In this document: piece after piece, positions 46,703-57,376 of the stretch
Numbering within the stretch: position 1 is the first letter of the stretch
Layout of the letters: each line of letters starts with the position of its first letter
Assembly: GCA_964394405.1 (NCBI GenBank)
Contig: CAYMVY010000001.1
Coordinates: 494,633 to 558,632, forward strand
DNA: 64,000 bases
DNA from: an uncultured Gammaproteobacteria bacterium
Lineage (GTDB): Bacteria; Patescibacteriota; Patescibacteriia; Magasanikbacterales; UBA922
Direction: 5' to 3'
The notes under the pieces: model-generated
Seen by the model: only the letters and a program-made list of their open reading frames with translations
What the model was told of the DNA's origin: nothing
Databases searched by the model: none
Program-made: the position numbers and the translations under genes

Positions 46703-48583
46703 ATGTGTGGTATTGCTGGATATTGTGGATCTGGGAATAGGGAAGTGTTGCAAAAGATGACTGATACTATTAGGTACCGTGGACCCGATGATTCAGGACT
46801 CTTTGTTGATCATATGGTCGGTCTGGGACACCGCCGGCTGAGTATTATTGATCTCTCGCCTCTGGGACATCAACCTATGTGGAATGACGCTCAAACGATC
46901 GCAATTGTTTTTAATGGGGAGATTTATAATTTCAAGTCTCTTCGTGAAAAATTGAGTAACTTGGGTTACAAGTTTAAAAGTACCAGTGATACTGAGGTTA
47001 TCATTTATTTATATCAAGAGTACGGAACTGAATGTTTTTCATATCTTAATGGAATGTTTGCGTTCGCTCTGTATGACACACGTAAGGAAAAAATTATTCT
47101 TGTGCGTGATCGTCTGGGCAAGAAACCATTGTACTGGACAAGTCAGAGGGGTACATTGATTTTTGGTTCAGAATTAACAGTATTAACACAACATCCTTCT
47201 TTTTCTAAGAAATTAAATGTTCACTCACTGAACAAATATCTCGCATTTGATTATATACCAACTCCGCATACGATATATGAAGGGGTCTATAAGCTTGAGC
47301 CAGGGACGTTTTTGGAATATGAAAAAGGTGGAATCAAGAAAACCCAATTTTGGGATATATCTTTTAGCGGAAACAGTGGCCCAGTGAATGAAAAAGATAT
47401 TCTTATTTCAATTGATTCGAAGCTCGAGAGCGCTGTTCAGTCAAGACTTATGGCTGATGTGCCGCTCGGTATTTTTTTGAGTGGAGGACTTGATAGTTCC
47501 TCAATCGCATATTATGCACAGAAGAATAGTGCTCAAAAAATAAAGACATTTAGTATTGGGTTTGAAGAAAAAAGCTACGATGAGAGCGAGTATGCACGAG
47601 AAGTTGCGCAATTTTTGGGAACTGAACATCATGAAAAAATACTTACAGCGCGCGATTCATTGAATTTCATTCCGCAGATTGGAAGTGTAATTGATGAACC
47701 AGTCGCTGATTATTCCTATATTCCAACCTATTTATTATCACAGTTTACGCGTGAACAGGTAACCGTTGCTTTGGGGGGCGATGGTGGTGATGAATTATTT
47801 TTCGGATACGGAACGCTCGCTGCAGAAAGAATGATGCATATTTTTAAAAAACATCCGCACGTATTAAAAAAACTCTTAGAGTTCGCAAGAAAATGCATAC
47901 CCACATCCTATTCGTCTTTTAATATGGGTTTCAAACTGGATCGATTGATCGCGGGAGTTGGTAGTCCTCCTGCCCATCAACATCACGCATGGATGGGAAC
48001 TTTCTCACCTGCGCTACGGAAAGATTTATTTGTACCAGAGGTGCGGAGTCTGCTTGTAGAAAAAAATGAATATGAAGATATTGATCGGTATATGAGACAT
48101 GTTTCTTCAGAACCCCGGTATAATCAACTTATCTACCTATATCTGCGGACATATCTTATGGATCAGGTGCTCGTTAAAGTTGATCGTATGAGTATGGCAA
48201 ATTCTCTTGAAGTGAGAGCGCCATTTCTTGATTATGAATTTGTTGACTTCATAAATCGTATTCCGTATAATTTCAAAATTAAAGGAATGCAGACGAAGTA
48301 TCTACTAAAGAGAGTAATGGAAAATAAACTTCCTTCACATATCGTGCATCGTAAGAAGCAAGGTTTTGGGGTCCCTCTATCGCAGTGGTTCACATCTGAA
48401 CTAAAAGATTTTGTGACAGATACACTATCACCTGAACAGATAAAACGATCTGGATTTTTTAATCCTGCAACCATACATACGATTCTCCAAGAACATATGA
48501 CAGGGAAACGTGATAACCGTAAGATGATATGGTCACTGATTGTCTGGCAATTATGGTATGATCATTCAACCCAAAACGTATGA
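46703..48583 (+). CDS. Second asparagine synthase (glutamine-hydrolysing) family amidotransferase.
   Basis: It has the N-terminal Cys (MCGIAGY), a PP-loop SGGLDSS and AsnB C-terminal motifs. Confidence 0.8.
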   Translation: MCGIAGYCGSGNREVLQKMTDTIRYRGPDDSGLFVDHMVGLGHRRLSIIDLSPLGHQPMWNDAQTIAIVFNGEIYNFKSLREKLSNLGYKFKSTSDTEVIIYLYQEYGTECFSYLNGMFAFALYDTRKEKIILVRDRLGKKPLYWTSQRGTLIFGSELTVLTQHPSFSKKLNVHSLNKYLAFDYIPTPHTIYEGVYKLEPGTFLEYEKGGIKKTQFWDISFSGNSGPVNEKDILISIDSKLESAVQSRLMADVPLGIFLSGGLDSSSIAYYAQKNSAQKIKTFSIGFEEKSYDESEYAREVAQFLGTEHHEKILTARDSLNFIPQIGSVIDEPVADYSYIPTYLLSQFTREQVTVALGGDGGDELFFGYGTLAAERMMHIFKKHPHVLKKLLEFARKCIPTSYSSFNMGFKLDRLIAGVGSPPAHQHHAWMGTFSPALRKDLFVPEVRSLLVEKNEYEDIDRYMRHVSSEPRYNQLIYLYLRTYLMDQVLVKVDRMSMANSLEVRAPFLDYEFVDFINRIPYNFKIKGMQTKYLLKRVMENKLPSHIVHRKKQGFGVPLSQWFTSELKDFVTDTLSPEQIKRSGFFNPATIHTILQEHMTGKRDNRKMIWSLIVWQLWYDHSTQNV

Positions 48584-50715
48584 AGCAATTATCAATTGTA
48601 ATTCCGGTATATAATGAAGAAGCTATTCTTGAAAAAGAAATCGCTGAACTTGTGATACAGATGGGGCAATTATTACCCGATATATCATATGAGATTATTC
48701 TGGTGGAAAATGGAAGTTTCGATCGTACGCGACAGATTACTCGAGAATTAGAACAAAATTACCCCGTAGTTCGAGGAGTGTATCTACCTAGTGCTGGGTA
48801 CGGACGTGCCTTGAAGCAAGGATTGATTGAAAGCACTGGTTTTTATACAGTTCTTTTTAATATTGATTTTTGGGATATTAGTTTCATACGTAAAGCACTT
48901 ACAATTTTCAAAGAAAAAAAAGTTGACATGGTGGTGGGCTCAAAGGTGATGAGTGGTGCAGAAGATAGTCGTCCATGGTTGAGGCGTCTGATCACTCGAT
49001 CGTTCAATCGAGTGTTGCGTCTGCTATTCGGGTTTCATGGTACTGATACACATGGTATGAAAGTATTGGTACGTGATCGTATGCTTCCTGTTGTTCATGA
49101 GTGCAAGACGCAGAGAGAAATTTTTGATACTGAATTTGTCTTGCGGGCACAGCTCATGGGATTGACGAGCGAGGAGGTGCCCGTGGTATGTATTGAAAAA
49201 AGAAACACCACCTACAATATTGCAAAGCGTGTACCTCGTACGATCAAAGACATGATTACTTTGTTTTTTACGCTACCTAATCAACGACAGAGACATCTGC
49301 GAGGCTTACTACTTCTTGCAAGTGTGGTGTTATTTTTTGGGATAGTTTTTTCTGGTTTTCCAGATAGGCCAGGTCCATGGTTTGATGAAGGAGTAAATCT
49401 GGGAATTGCAAAAACATTTACCGAAGATGGTGTGTTTAGTCTTCGTCTAGGACCTGGAGAATATGTACGAGAACGAGGGCTGATGATTAGTACTAATTAT
49501 CCGGTACTCATTCCAATCAGTCTAATGTTTCATATGTTTGGTGTGGGTCTTGCACAGGCAAAAATAGTCATGATTCTTTTTTTGATTGGATTTCTGGTCG
49601 TCGCGTATCAGCTCGTGCGTTCGCGCGCCTCCTCACTTGTTGCATCTCTCAGTATATTGTTGGTAGTAACGTTTCTCCCATTTTATGGTAATGGGTTGGG
49701 TGGGGGACTGGGAGAAGTACCTGGTTTATTTTTTTTATTGCTTGGGTTATTACTTTTTGAACATAAAAAACCTACATATCTATTTTTTGCTGGCTTAAGT
49801 TTTGGTCTCTGTGCATCGACCAAAGTCTTTTATCTGGTGGTTCTTGCTGCACTTGGGGTGAGTGAAATATGGGGAGCAATTCGCGAACGCCATTTGCCGT
49901 GGAAACGCTGGTTAATCCTCCTAGCGGGTATAGTACCACCACTCATATTATGGCTTCGGACACTAATTCCAGAGTTAAGTATCGAGGGAATTAGACAGAC
50001 TTTATCGTATTACAATAATCCATATAATATTACGATTGAGCCAGCCAATAATCTGATAAAATTTTTTACTGAATCAACCCCAATACATTTCACACTCTGT
50101 TTGATTGCATTTATTTTTTATCTGTATTCCAGACATCGATCTTCTCGGTTAAATCGAGCTGACATCATTATTGCGACCTTTATTATATTGAATATTGCTT
50201 GGTTTTTGAGAACGCCAGGGTGGTATCGATATTTTTTTCCGGCGCATCTATTGGTGCTGGTACTCTTAGCTAGTAGTGTGTGGGATGTATTAAAAAATCT
50301 CACGAGTCAAAGGAAGGCTCTGTATGGGGTAACTCTACTTAGTATCATTCTTGCATCCGTACAAGCAGGACATTTACTCGGTGAATATAATAGCCGACTA
50401 TACTACAACCCAGAACCGCGCAGATTTGCAATTGATCTAATACAGGAAAAGAAAGTTGATGCTGATATTTTTGTGATCGATCAGCCTGAATTTTGGTTTT
50501 TACTTGATGATCAGGGTGTGGGACAATATATGCAGATGAATCCGTATATCGCATTTGGTAGATCTGTTTTTGAAAATACATCATCCTTACCAAAATTTTT
50601 AGTAAGTGGCGATCCTGCAAGAAATCAGTATCTATCCGCACATCTGAATGAACTGGAGGAGTATTATGTACTCAAAGAAACACGAGATCAGTATTATGTA
50701 TTTGAGAAAAAGTAG
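48580..50715 (+). CDS. Fusion protein. The N-terminal part is a GT2 DPM1-like polyprenyl-phosphate sugar synthase domain. The C-terminal part is a polytopic GT-C-like membrane domain.
   Basis: The N-terminus reads [18 protein letters not shown] ... ENGSFDRT ... GYGRALKQG. The C-terminal ~480 aa have about 11 transmembrane helices and a first-loop WFDEGVNLGIAKTF motif (DE, GT-C-like). Confidence 0.6.
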   Translation: MKQLSIVIPVYNEEAILEKEIAELVIQMGQLLPDISYEIILVENGSFDRTRQITRELEQNYPVVRGVYLPSAGYGRALKQGLIESTGFYTVLFNIDFWDISFIRKALTIFKEKKVDMVVGSKVMSGAEDSRPWLRRLITRSFNRVLRLLFGFHGTDTHGMKVLVRDRMLPVVHECKTQREIFDTEFVLRAQLMGLTSEEVPVVCIEKRNTTYNIAKRVPRTIKDMITLFFTLPNQRQRHLRGLLLLASVVLFFGIVFSGFPDRPGPWFDEGVNLGIAKTFTEDGVFSLRLGPGEYVRERGLMISTNYPVLIPISLMFHMFGVGLAQAKIVMILFLIGFLVVAYQLVRSRASSLVASLSILLVVTFLPFYGNGLGGGLGEVPGLFFLLLGLLLFEHKKPTYLFFAGLSFGLCASTKVFYLVVLAALGVSEIWGAIRERHLPWKRWLILLAGIVPPLILWLRTLIPELSIEGIRQTLSYYNNPYNITIEPANNLIKFFTESTPIHFTLCLIAFIFYLYSRHRSSRLNRADIIIATFIILNIAWFLRTPGWYRYFFPAHLLVLVLLASSVWDVLKNLTSQRKALYGVTLLSIILASVQAGHLLGEYNSRLYYNPEPRRFAIDLIQEKKVDADIFVIDQPEFWFLLDDQGVGQYMQMNPYIAFGRSVFENTSSLPKFLVSGDPARNQYLSAHLNELEEYYVLKETRDQYYVFEKK

Positions 50716-50717
50716 AT

Positions 50718-52442
50718 ATGAATGTTACCATCATTATTTCAAAAATTCGTTTCCATCTCTCAGGACTATTAATTAGTCTCCTTATTGGTGCTATTATCAC
50801 TCTCCCTGCAATTTTTTTCCGTTTTTCCACCAGTTATCAAGGTATCGACATGATGAAGACCAATACCGAGACACACTACATTGCACAGATTAAGGAAGTA
50901 ATGGATGGACACTACGGTCTCGGCAATCCTTTTTATGCTGATTTAAAAGATTCTCCGTATCTATTCCCTCCGCTTTCTCCATTATTGATTGGTCTTGTAG
51001 GTAAATTATTTTCACTTGATATCTATACTATTGTTTCAGTTGCTCGTTTTGTCTCCACAGGGATGACTGCATTTTTTATATATCTGTTTGTCGCATTACT
51101 TACGAGCCGAAGATTGGTGGGAATTATTGCAGCGCCAGCAGTCATGCTCGGATATGGGTTACTTGATCCACACAGCATTATTAATTTATTTGTACACGGA
51201 GTTCCTACTCCTACTTCTGCTTTTATTGATTACGGTCGACCGATTAATCCGCAGATGAGTTCGCTCTTTTTCTTTGCATACCTTTTCTTTTTACAAAATT
51301 TTCTTACAAAAAACAAATTGGTCCATGGAATTATTGCAAGTGTACTGCTCGGACTTTCTTTTTATGTGTACTTGTTTACTTGGACGTTTATTATAATCCT
51401 AAATGGAACACTGGGGTTAGTATATATCTTTAGAAAAGAGTGGCCGATGTTAAGAGGATTGGTATATATTTCATTAGGTGGTTTGCTGGTGGGAATACCG
51501 TATTTTTTGAATGTGTATCAAGCATCGCTCAGCCCGTGGTACGAGGAATCAGCTGCGCGGTTTGGTTTTGTGAATGTTCGTTTTCTTACCATCAGCAGAA
51601 TTGTAATTGGCACGAGCATCCTCTTTGGGCTGGTGTATAAATGGTGCACCAAAGAAATACGCATATTTTTTATAGCTTTTTTTCTTGCAGCGTTTGTTGC
51701 CGTCAATGAACAATTAGTTACGGGAAAGTATTTATTTAATCACCATTATCACTGGTATTACATCACCCCACTGATTATTGTCTGTATCTTGGTAGTATTA
51801 TTTGTAATAATGAAGAAATTAAATGTGCAGAGAAAGTTTCAGCTTGGAATTGGGATCTTACTCAGTGTAGTAACCGTGTCAAACGGCATATTAGCGCAAG
51901 CATATTCCTTTTACGCGGCATTACCTGAGACTACTGAACTGCAGAAATATGCACCAGTAGTCTCGTGGCTGAACACAGAAACTGAGAAAGACAGCAGCGT
52001 GCTTGCGCCAGGAGTACTTTCAGACCTACTCCCTGCAATTACACACAATAATGTGTATTATCCAAACACCGGCCTCTATACTTTGATTTCAAATGAACGA
52101 CTCTTAAATATATATCTGGTTTACACGTACCTTGATCAGATACCAAAAGAGAGGATACGTGAGCATCTAGAGAGTAAAAGAGATGAAATCAGTGGATTTG
52201 CGTTTGGGTATACCTACAGCTTTATACCGGGGGTATGTTATGGCTGTTTTCCTGATTCGATCATTGATAGCTTAGTCAAGGTATATGAGGGACTGGACGA
52301 AGAAAATTTTATTTTCTTTGCAACACAGTATCCAGTGGACTACATCATATGGGATACCCAAAAAAATCCAGAGTGGAATATCGATCGGTTCAATTTTTCT
52401 TTGGTAAAACAGTTTGGCAGTATTAAAATGTATAAACTGTAG
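50718..52442 (+). CDS. Polytopic membrane protein of unknown function; a possible GT-C-fold transferase.
   Basis: It has about 12 transmembrane helices. An early loop has VMDGHYGLGNPFYADLKD. It sits between GT-C/GT2 genes. Confidence 0.4.
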   Translation: MNVTIIISKIRFHLSGLLISLLIGAIITLPAIFFRFSTSYQGIDMMKTNTETHYIAQIKEVMDGHYGLGNPFYADLKDSPYLFPPLSPLLIGLVGKLFSLDIYTIVSVARFVSTGMTAFFIYLFVALLTSRRLVGIIAAPAVMLGYGLLDPHSIINLFVHGVPTPTSAFIDYGRPINPQMSSLFFFAYLFFLQNFLTKNKLVHGIIASVLLGLSFYVYLFTWTFIIILNGTLGLVYIFRKEWPMLRGLVYISLGGLLVGIPYFLNVYQASLSPWYEESAARFGFVNVRFLTISRIVIGTSILFGLVYKWCTKEIRIFFIAFFLAAFVAVNEQLVTGKYLFNHHYHWYYITPLIIVCILVVLFVIMKKLNVQRKFQLGIGILLSVVTVSNGILAQAYSFYAALPETTELQKYAPVVSWLNTETEKDSSVLAPGVLSDLLPAITHNNVYYPNTGLYTLISNERLLNIYLVYTYLDQIPKERIREHLESKRDEISGFAFGYTYSFIPGVCYGCFPDSIIDSLVKVYEGLDEENFIFFATQYPVDYIIWDTQKNPEWNIDRFNFSLVKQFGSIKMYKL

Positions 52443-52455
52443 TGCACTCTCTTTT

Positions 52456-53835
52456 ATGCGTATACGTGCTATTCTGAAGATTCGAAGGTGGTTTCACGAG
52501 CGTCCCACACCTGTGATTTTATTCTGTGTTTCATTTATTATTAATTGCACAATTGGACTTTTGCTGTACCTGACTCACGGGTCAGATTTTGTGACACTTG
52601 GTGATGATGATTCCTCTGGGTACATTAGTCTAGCTCGGAGTATTGCTTCGGGAAACGGTTTTATGTTGGATGGGGTAGTGAGTGCACTTCGTCCGCCCCT
52701 GTATCCCTTGTTCCTTTCATTTTTTATTTTTTTTGGTCTTCCTCTAGAATATGCTATTTTTGTTCAATATATAGCTGCCTCAATATCAGTGGTCCTTATC
52801 TATAGTATCGGTGCGCGGATGTATTCTTCAAAAGCTGGTATTATTGCCGCTGGGCTGTTTATGGTAGAGCCGTACATGCTGTTGCTCAATAGTACTGCGA
52901 TGACTGAAACGATTTTTGTCTCACTATCGCTGGCAGGAGTTTACTCAATACTCAGATTACTTGAAGGAGAAAAATACCAGCGGTGGTCAATTTCTATAGG
53001 TATTTTTTTTGGGCTTGCAACACTCACTCGACCGAATGTATTCTATATCCCAGTGATTGTACTCTTGCTTGCAATCATCGGTGGTGTGTATTCAGAAAAA
53101 TTTAAGAAAGTGAATATCAAAGCTTTTGTGCTTTTTTTATTTATATTCTCTCTAGTACTTGCGCCATGGGGTGTGCGGCAGTACACCCGATTCGGGTCTG
53201 TGCGCCCGAGTAGCGTCGATACGTATCTTTTGTATTGGCGAGTTCTCCCAATAGCTCTTGCGCACGAGAATAATGTTACCTACAGACAGGCAATTGATAT
53301 GCTTCAAATAGAAACGCCACAAAAGATTCCCAATTTTGATCCTCTCAAGATGCAACATACTTTTGAGTATGATCATATTCTCAAAAAAGAAGTCATGTCT
53401 CATGTGCGAGGACAGGTGCTTATCATTGTAAATTTTTACCTCTCTTCAGTGCCAGTGACACTTCTTAGAACAGGATACACACGAATTCTTGAAGAATTTG
53501 GTATACCAGAGCACAGAAAAGAAAACATAACATCGCTTCTTGCAGAGCAGAGATATGGTCAGGCAGTTGATGTTCTGTTGAAACCATCTGTATACCAACT
53601 CGTACACCTACTAGGAGCTTTCTTATGGATCTGTATATATGGTGTTATTATTGCCAAGGCAAAGGCTCTCGTCAGGAGAGATAAGCGCATGAATACGATA
53701 GTTCTATGCCTATGTATACTCTATTTGACAGTATTCGCTATCGGTCCGCAAGTATATGTGCGCTATCAGTTGGTTATTTACCCCTATTGGTTGTTACTTT
53801 TTGCTGGTGCTCTCAGTTTACAGAAGAAAAAGTAG
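52456..53835 (+). CDS. GT-C fold membrane glycosyltransferase, ArnT/PMT_2-like (GT39/GT83).
   Basis: The first-loop motif is GDDDSSGYISLARSIASGNGFML ... RPPLYPLFLSF. The track ORF starts at a TTG at 52414; the ATG at 52456 is preferred. Confidence 0.65.
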   Translation: MRIRAILKIRRWFHERPTPVILFCVSFIINCTIGLLLYLTHGSDFVTLGDDDSSGYISLARSIASGNGFMLDGVVSALRPPLYPLFLSFFIFFGLPLEYAIFVQYIAASISVVLIYSIGARMYSSKAGIIAAGLFMVEPYMLLLNSTAMTETIFVSLSLAGVYSILRLLEGEKYQRWSISIGIFFGLATLTRPNVFYIPVIVLLLAIIGGVYSEKFKKVNIKAFVLFLFIFSLVLAPWGVRQYTRFGSVRPSSVDTYLLYWRVLPIALAHENNVTYRQAIDMLQIETPQKIPNFDPLKMQHTFEYDHILKKEVMSHVRGQVLIIVNFYLSSVPVTLLRTGYTRILEEFGIPEHRKENITSLLAEQRYGQAVDVLLKPSVYQLVHLLGAFLWICIYGVIIAKAKALVRRDKRMNTIVLCLCILYLTVFAIGPQVYVRYQLVIYPYWLLLFAGALSLQKKK

Positions 53836-53913
53836 GTCTGAGAGTGGTTCATTCAACACTCTTGAAAAAGATACGTTGAGCGTATATACTGGGGTGTATA
53901 TAATTACACACTT

Positions 53914-55131
53914 ATGGGACAAAATATCCTACAAAAAAATCCATACCAAATCGGAGTCGGTACATGCGATATTGGGGAGCGGGCAAAGAAATACGTGAAC
54001 GAAGTGCTTGAAAGCAACCGGCTTACCTACGGGCCTTTTTCAAAAAAATTTGAACAACTATTTGCGGAGGCACATGGATGCAAGTATGCTGTATTTGTGA
54101 ATAGTGGCACGAGCGCGCTTCGAATCGGCCTTGCTGCGTTGAAAGAAAAGTACGGTTGGGATGATCAGGATGAGGTGATTATACCCACGATTACGTTTAT
54201 CTCAGATGTGAATATTGTCGTACATAATAATTTGAAAGTTGTATTCGTTGATGTTGATCCAGAACACTATACGATTGACCCTGCGAAAATTGAAGAAAAG
54301 ATTACTGCTAGAACCCGCGCAATTATTCCGACACATTTATGTGGTCTTGCTTCGGACATGGACCCTATTATTGCTCTGGCAAAAAAACATAATTTGAGAA
54401 TAATCGAGGATGCATGCGAGGCGTCGTTTGCGCGGTATAAGGGGAAAGCAGTGGGGAATTTCAGTGATATTGCATGCTACTCCACCTATCAAGCACACAT
54501 CATTACAACAGGTGTGGGAGGTTTTGCGCTGACCAATGATCCTGATCTTGCGGTACTACTGCGGAGTCTGGCAAATCATGGTAGGGACGGTATTTATATG
54601 CAAATCGATGATGATAAAGGGAAAAGCGCGGACGAACTTCGTGAGGTGGTGAATCGACGTTTTTCATTTATTCGCCCAGGATACAGTTTTCGGGCAACCG
54701 AGCTCGAAGCTGCGTTGGGTGTTGCAGAATTGGAAGAAGGAGTTGAGAAAGGTATTGAGATTCGTCAAAAAAATGTACAGTTACTCTTGGAGACCCTACG
54801 TCCGTTTAGTGATGTATTGCAGCTTCCTGTGTGGCCTCTATCGAGTTACCATGTATTCATGATGTTTCCAATTGTGGTCAAAGCAGGTAGTGGGGTCAAT
54901 CGAGACGAATTGGTGAATTTCCTTGAGCAGTATAATGTTGAAACAAGAAGGTTGCTTCCAATTCTTGATCAGCCCTTTATTCTCAAGAAATTTGGTGATC
55001 TATCTTCCCAATTTCCAGTAGGAGATCACCTGAATAAAAATTCTTTCTATATCGGTTGCCATCCTTCAATTACTAGAGAAAATATTGAGTATATTGGAAA
55101 AGTATTTTCACTCTATCTTCATAAGTCCTAA
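53914..55131 (+). CDS. DegT/DnrJ/EryC1/StrS family PLP-dependent sugar aminotransferase.
   Basis: Family motifs present (FVNSGTSALRIGLAAL ... HLCGLASDMDPI ... EDACEASFARYKGKAVGNFSD). Confidence 0.8.
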   Translation: MGQNILQKNPYQIGVGTCDIGERAKKYVNEVLESNRLTYGPFSKKFEQLFAEAHGCKYAVFVNSGTSALRIGLAALKEKYGWDDQDEVIIPTITFISDVNIVVHNNLKVVFVDVDPEHYTIDPAKIEEKITARTRAIIPTHLCGLASDMDPIIALAKKHNLRIIEDACEASFARYKGKAVGNFSDIACYSTYQAHIITTGVGGFALTNDPDLAVLLRSLANHGRDGIYMQIDDDKGKSADELREVVNRRFSFIRPGYSFRATELEAALGVAELEEGVEKGIEIRQKNVQLLLETLRPFSDVLQLPVWPLSSYHVFMMFPIVVKAGSGVNRDELVNFLEQYNVETRRLLPILDQPFILKKFGDLSSQFPVGDHLNKNSFYIGCHPSITRENIEYIGKVFSLYLHKS

Positions 55132-55137
55132 TCTGGT

Positions 55138-55884
55138 ATGCAGTCGGGGATTGTAATACCCTCATATAACGAAGCCGAAAATATCGGCATGCTTATAAAA
55201 GAAATTGTAACCGTACTGCCGGGTGCATTGATTGTAGTTGTTGATGATTCTCCAAATGAAGAAACTGTTAATGCAGTCAAATCTCTCGGGTTGGAGCACG
55301 TACACATTATCCACCGGACACATAAGGATGGGCGTGGTTCTGCAGTGATTGTAGGACTTCAGTATCTTTTGGACAAAAAAACAGACATTCTCATAGAAAT
55401 GGATGCTGATTTTTCCCATCCACCAAAACAGTTGTTAGAATTAATCAGGACATTCGAAGAGAAGAAATTAGCAATGTTAATTGCAAGTCGGTATCTCAAA
55501 GGAAGTAGAATTGATAATTGGTCGATGATGCGGAGAATTTTTTCACGATGCGCAAATTTTGTTGCGCGTCGGCTATTACAAATTCCGATTGCGGATTATA
55601 CCAATGGATACCGAGTATACTCCCGTGAAGCTGCAGAGCTCATTACGGCGAATTGTGGAAAGATGGGGAAAGGATTTATTCCACTCAGTGAAATTGTGAC
55701 ACAATTGTACTACCGGGGTTTTCCAATTGGAGAGATCCCTACTCATTTTGTCAATCGGGCACGTGGACAGAGTTCACTTAATTTTGTAGAAATCAAAAAT
55801 GCAGCACTAGGAATTATGAAGATATACGGACTTAGGAAAAAATTACAAAAAGAGTTCCCGAATGTGGAAACTAGGATTTCTTAA
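55138..55884 (+). CDS. GT2 polyprenyl-phosphate sugar synthase (DPM1/ArnC-like).
   Basis: Motifs present: GIVIPSYNEAENIGMLI ... VVVDDSPNEET ... GRGSAVIVG ... DADFSHPP. Confidence 0.8.
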   Translation: MQSGIVIPSYNEAENIGMLIKEIVTVLPGALIVVVDDSPNEETVNAVKSLGLEHVHIIHRTHKDGRGSAVIVGLQYLLDKKTDILIEMDADFSHPPKQLLELIRTFEEKKLAMLIASRYLKGSRIDNWSMMRRIFSRCANFVARRLLQIPIADYTNGYRVYSREAAELITANCGKMGKGFIPLSEIVTQLYYRGFPIGEIPTHFVNRARGQSSLNFVEIKNAALGIMKIYGLRKKLQKEFPNVETRIS

Positions 55885-57376
55885 ACGTATCCATGAGTAG
55901 TGCACAAAAAGACCGGAGACCTGGGTCTTTTTTTAATTTTTCAATATCATTTTCATACCAGAGATTCGAGAAATCGAAAGGCACTGATTCCTTGAGAACT
56001 GCGGCAGTAAAATGAATCATTGCCTCTTCATCGTATGAGAAATGAGTGAGTTGCTTTTGGATAATACTGGGTAAATCTTCCATAGCCCGAACTCGCGTGA
56101 CAAATGGGAGTGTATTGTAAAAAACATCACCGAAAGTAATCACTGGTTTTCCATAGATGCCGGCCTCCCATCCGCCGGTTCCAGTAATTGCGGTTATTAA
56201 TTTTGCTCGCTTAATAAATTCAAAACTACTGACACGATGATTGACTAGGCGAACATTTGGAATTTTCAGTAGTTCCTTGTAGTACCAATTTTGTCGCTTG
56301 CTTATCATCGCAGGGTGCTCTTTGACATAGAGTTTGTAGTGCAAAGGTAGAGACTCTGCGATATATCGAATAAGGGTGAGCTGATCGAAGTAGTAAGGAG
56401 AAAGGAGAAGGATTGCTAGCTCAGGCTCATAGTGAAGTGGAAAAAATACAAAATCTTCATTCCAAGTTAATGGTTTGTAGAAACGATCGAGACCCCTGAT
56501 AGATCGCACATACTGTTTGATTTTATACCAGATAAATCGTAGAGGGTTGAGATTGGTCATGCCATACTCGAATAAATGTCGACTTTTGACATAATTATTG
56601 AGCAGTGTCCAGATATATCGGATTGATTGTAGAACGTGCTTGGGATTCAAGATTCGAATCGGCTTTGGTAGCTGACCTAATGCTACATTCATATATTGCA
56701 ATTGCAAAGATCCGGTTTTTCTGAAGTGTTCGATTAATTTTTTTGCCTCGACATGATAAGAAGTCTCTATTTTTTCTTTTTTGAATATTTCAAATGTGCG
56801 AGATACTTCAGTTAGAGTTTTATAATCTTTGGAAATACACATGCGATTTGACACACGTGGGAAGTCGATATTAAAAACAGGAATTCCCATTTTTTTCGCA
56901 ACATTGTACAAAATTAGGTGCCCAAGAGCGCCAATAGCAAAAAATAAGATAAAATCGGGACGATGCTCAGAAAGCATTTTTTCAATCGCTCGTGCGCGCA
57001 CCTGAAATATTCGGAGAAGTTCTTCGTGTGAATAGAGAGGGTCGATTACTGCAGTGGTTTCTTCTTTTGGGCCGATAGACATCATGAGTTTTCTGTCGGT
57101 ATAGAGGTAGTGCCATAGTTCAGAAGGTCCATAGTTTTTTTCAAAATGTGTGATGTACTCAATATCAACTGTCTCATGTTGAAATTGGTTATGAAGTTCA
57201 TGATCGACAAGTACTGGGTTGTACACAATATCTGTTTGTGTATGTATAAATTTTTCGGCACCAAGCGAAAAGACATATGCAGAAAACTCCGTGACTCCAT
57301 AATCTTCTTTCAAGACATTCGCAATCGCATGTCCGATTTTACTGTACTGGTTTTGTAATACAATACAAGCTCTCAT
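55871..57376 (-). CDS. GT-B-like polysaccharide biosynthesis enzyme, either KpsC/KpsS capsule-synthesis type (PF05159) or TagF-like glycerophosphotransferase.
   Basis: The C-terminal motif FIKRAKLITAITGTGGWEAGIYGKPVITFGDVFY resembles the KpsC/KpsS / TagF nucleotide-binding region. Confidence 0.45.
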   Translation of the reverse strand: MRACIVLQNQYSKIGHAIANVLKEDYGVTEFSAYVFSLGAEKFIHTQTDIVYNPVLVDHELHNQFQHETVDIEYITHFEKNYGPSELWHYLYTDRKLMMSIGPKEETTAVIDPLYSHEELLRIFQVRARAIEKMLSEHRPDFILFFAIGALGHLILYNVAKKMGIPVFNIDFPRVSNRMCISKDYKTLTEVSRTFEIFKKEKIETSYHVEAKKLIEHFRKTGSLQLQYMNVALGQLPKPIRILNPKHVLQSIRYIWTLLNNYVKSRHLFEYGMTNLNPLRFIWYKIKQYVRSIRGLDRFYKPLTWNEDFVFFPLHYEPELAILLLSPYYFDQLTLIRYIAESLPLHYKLYVKEHPAMISKRQNWYYKELLKIPNVRLVNHRVSSFEFIKRAKLITAITGTGGWEAGIYGKPVITFGDVFYNTLPFVTRVRAMEDLPSIIQKQLTHFSYDEEAMIHFTAAVLKESVPFDFSNLWYENDIEKLKKDPGLRSFCALLMDTFKKS

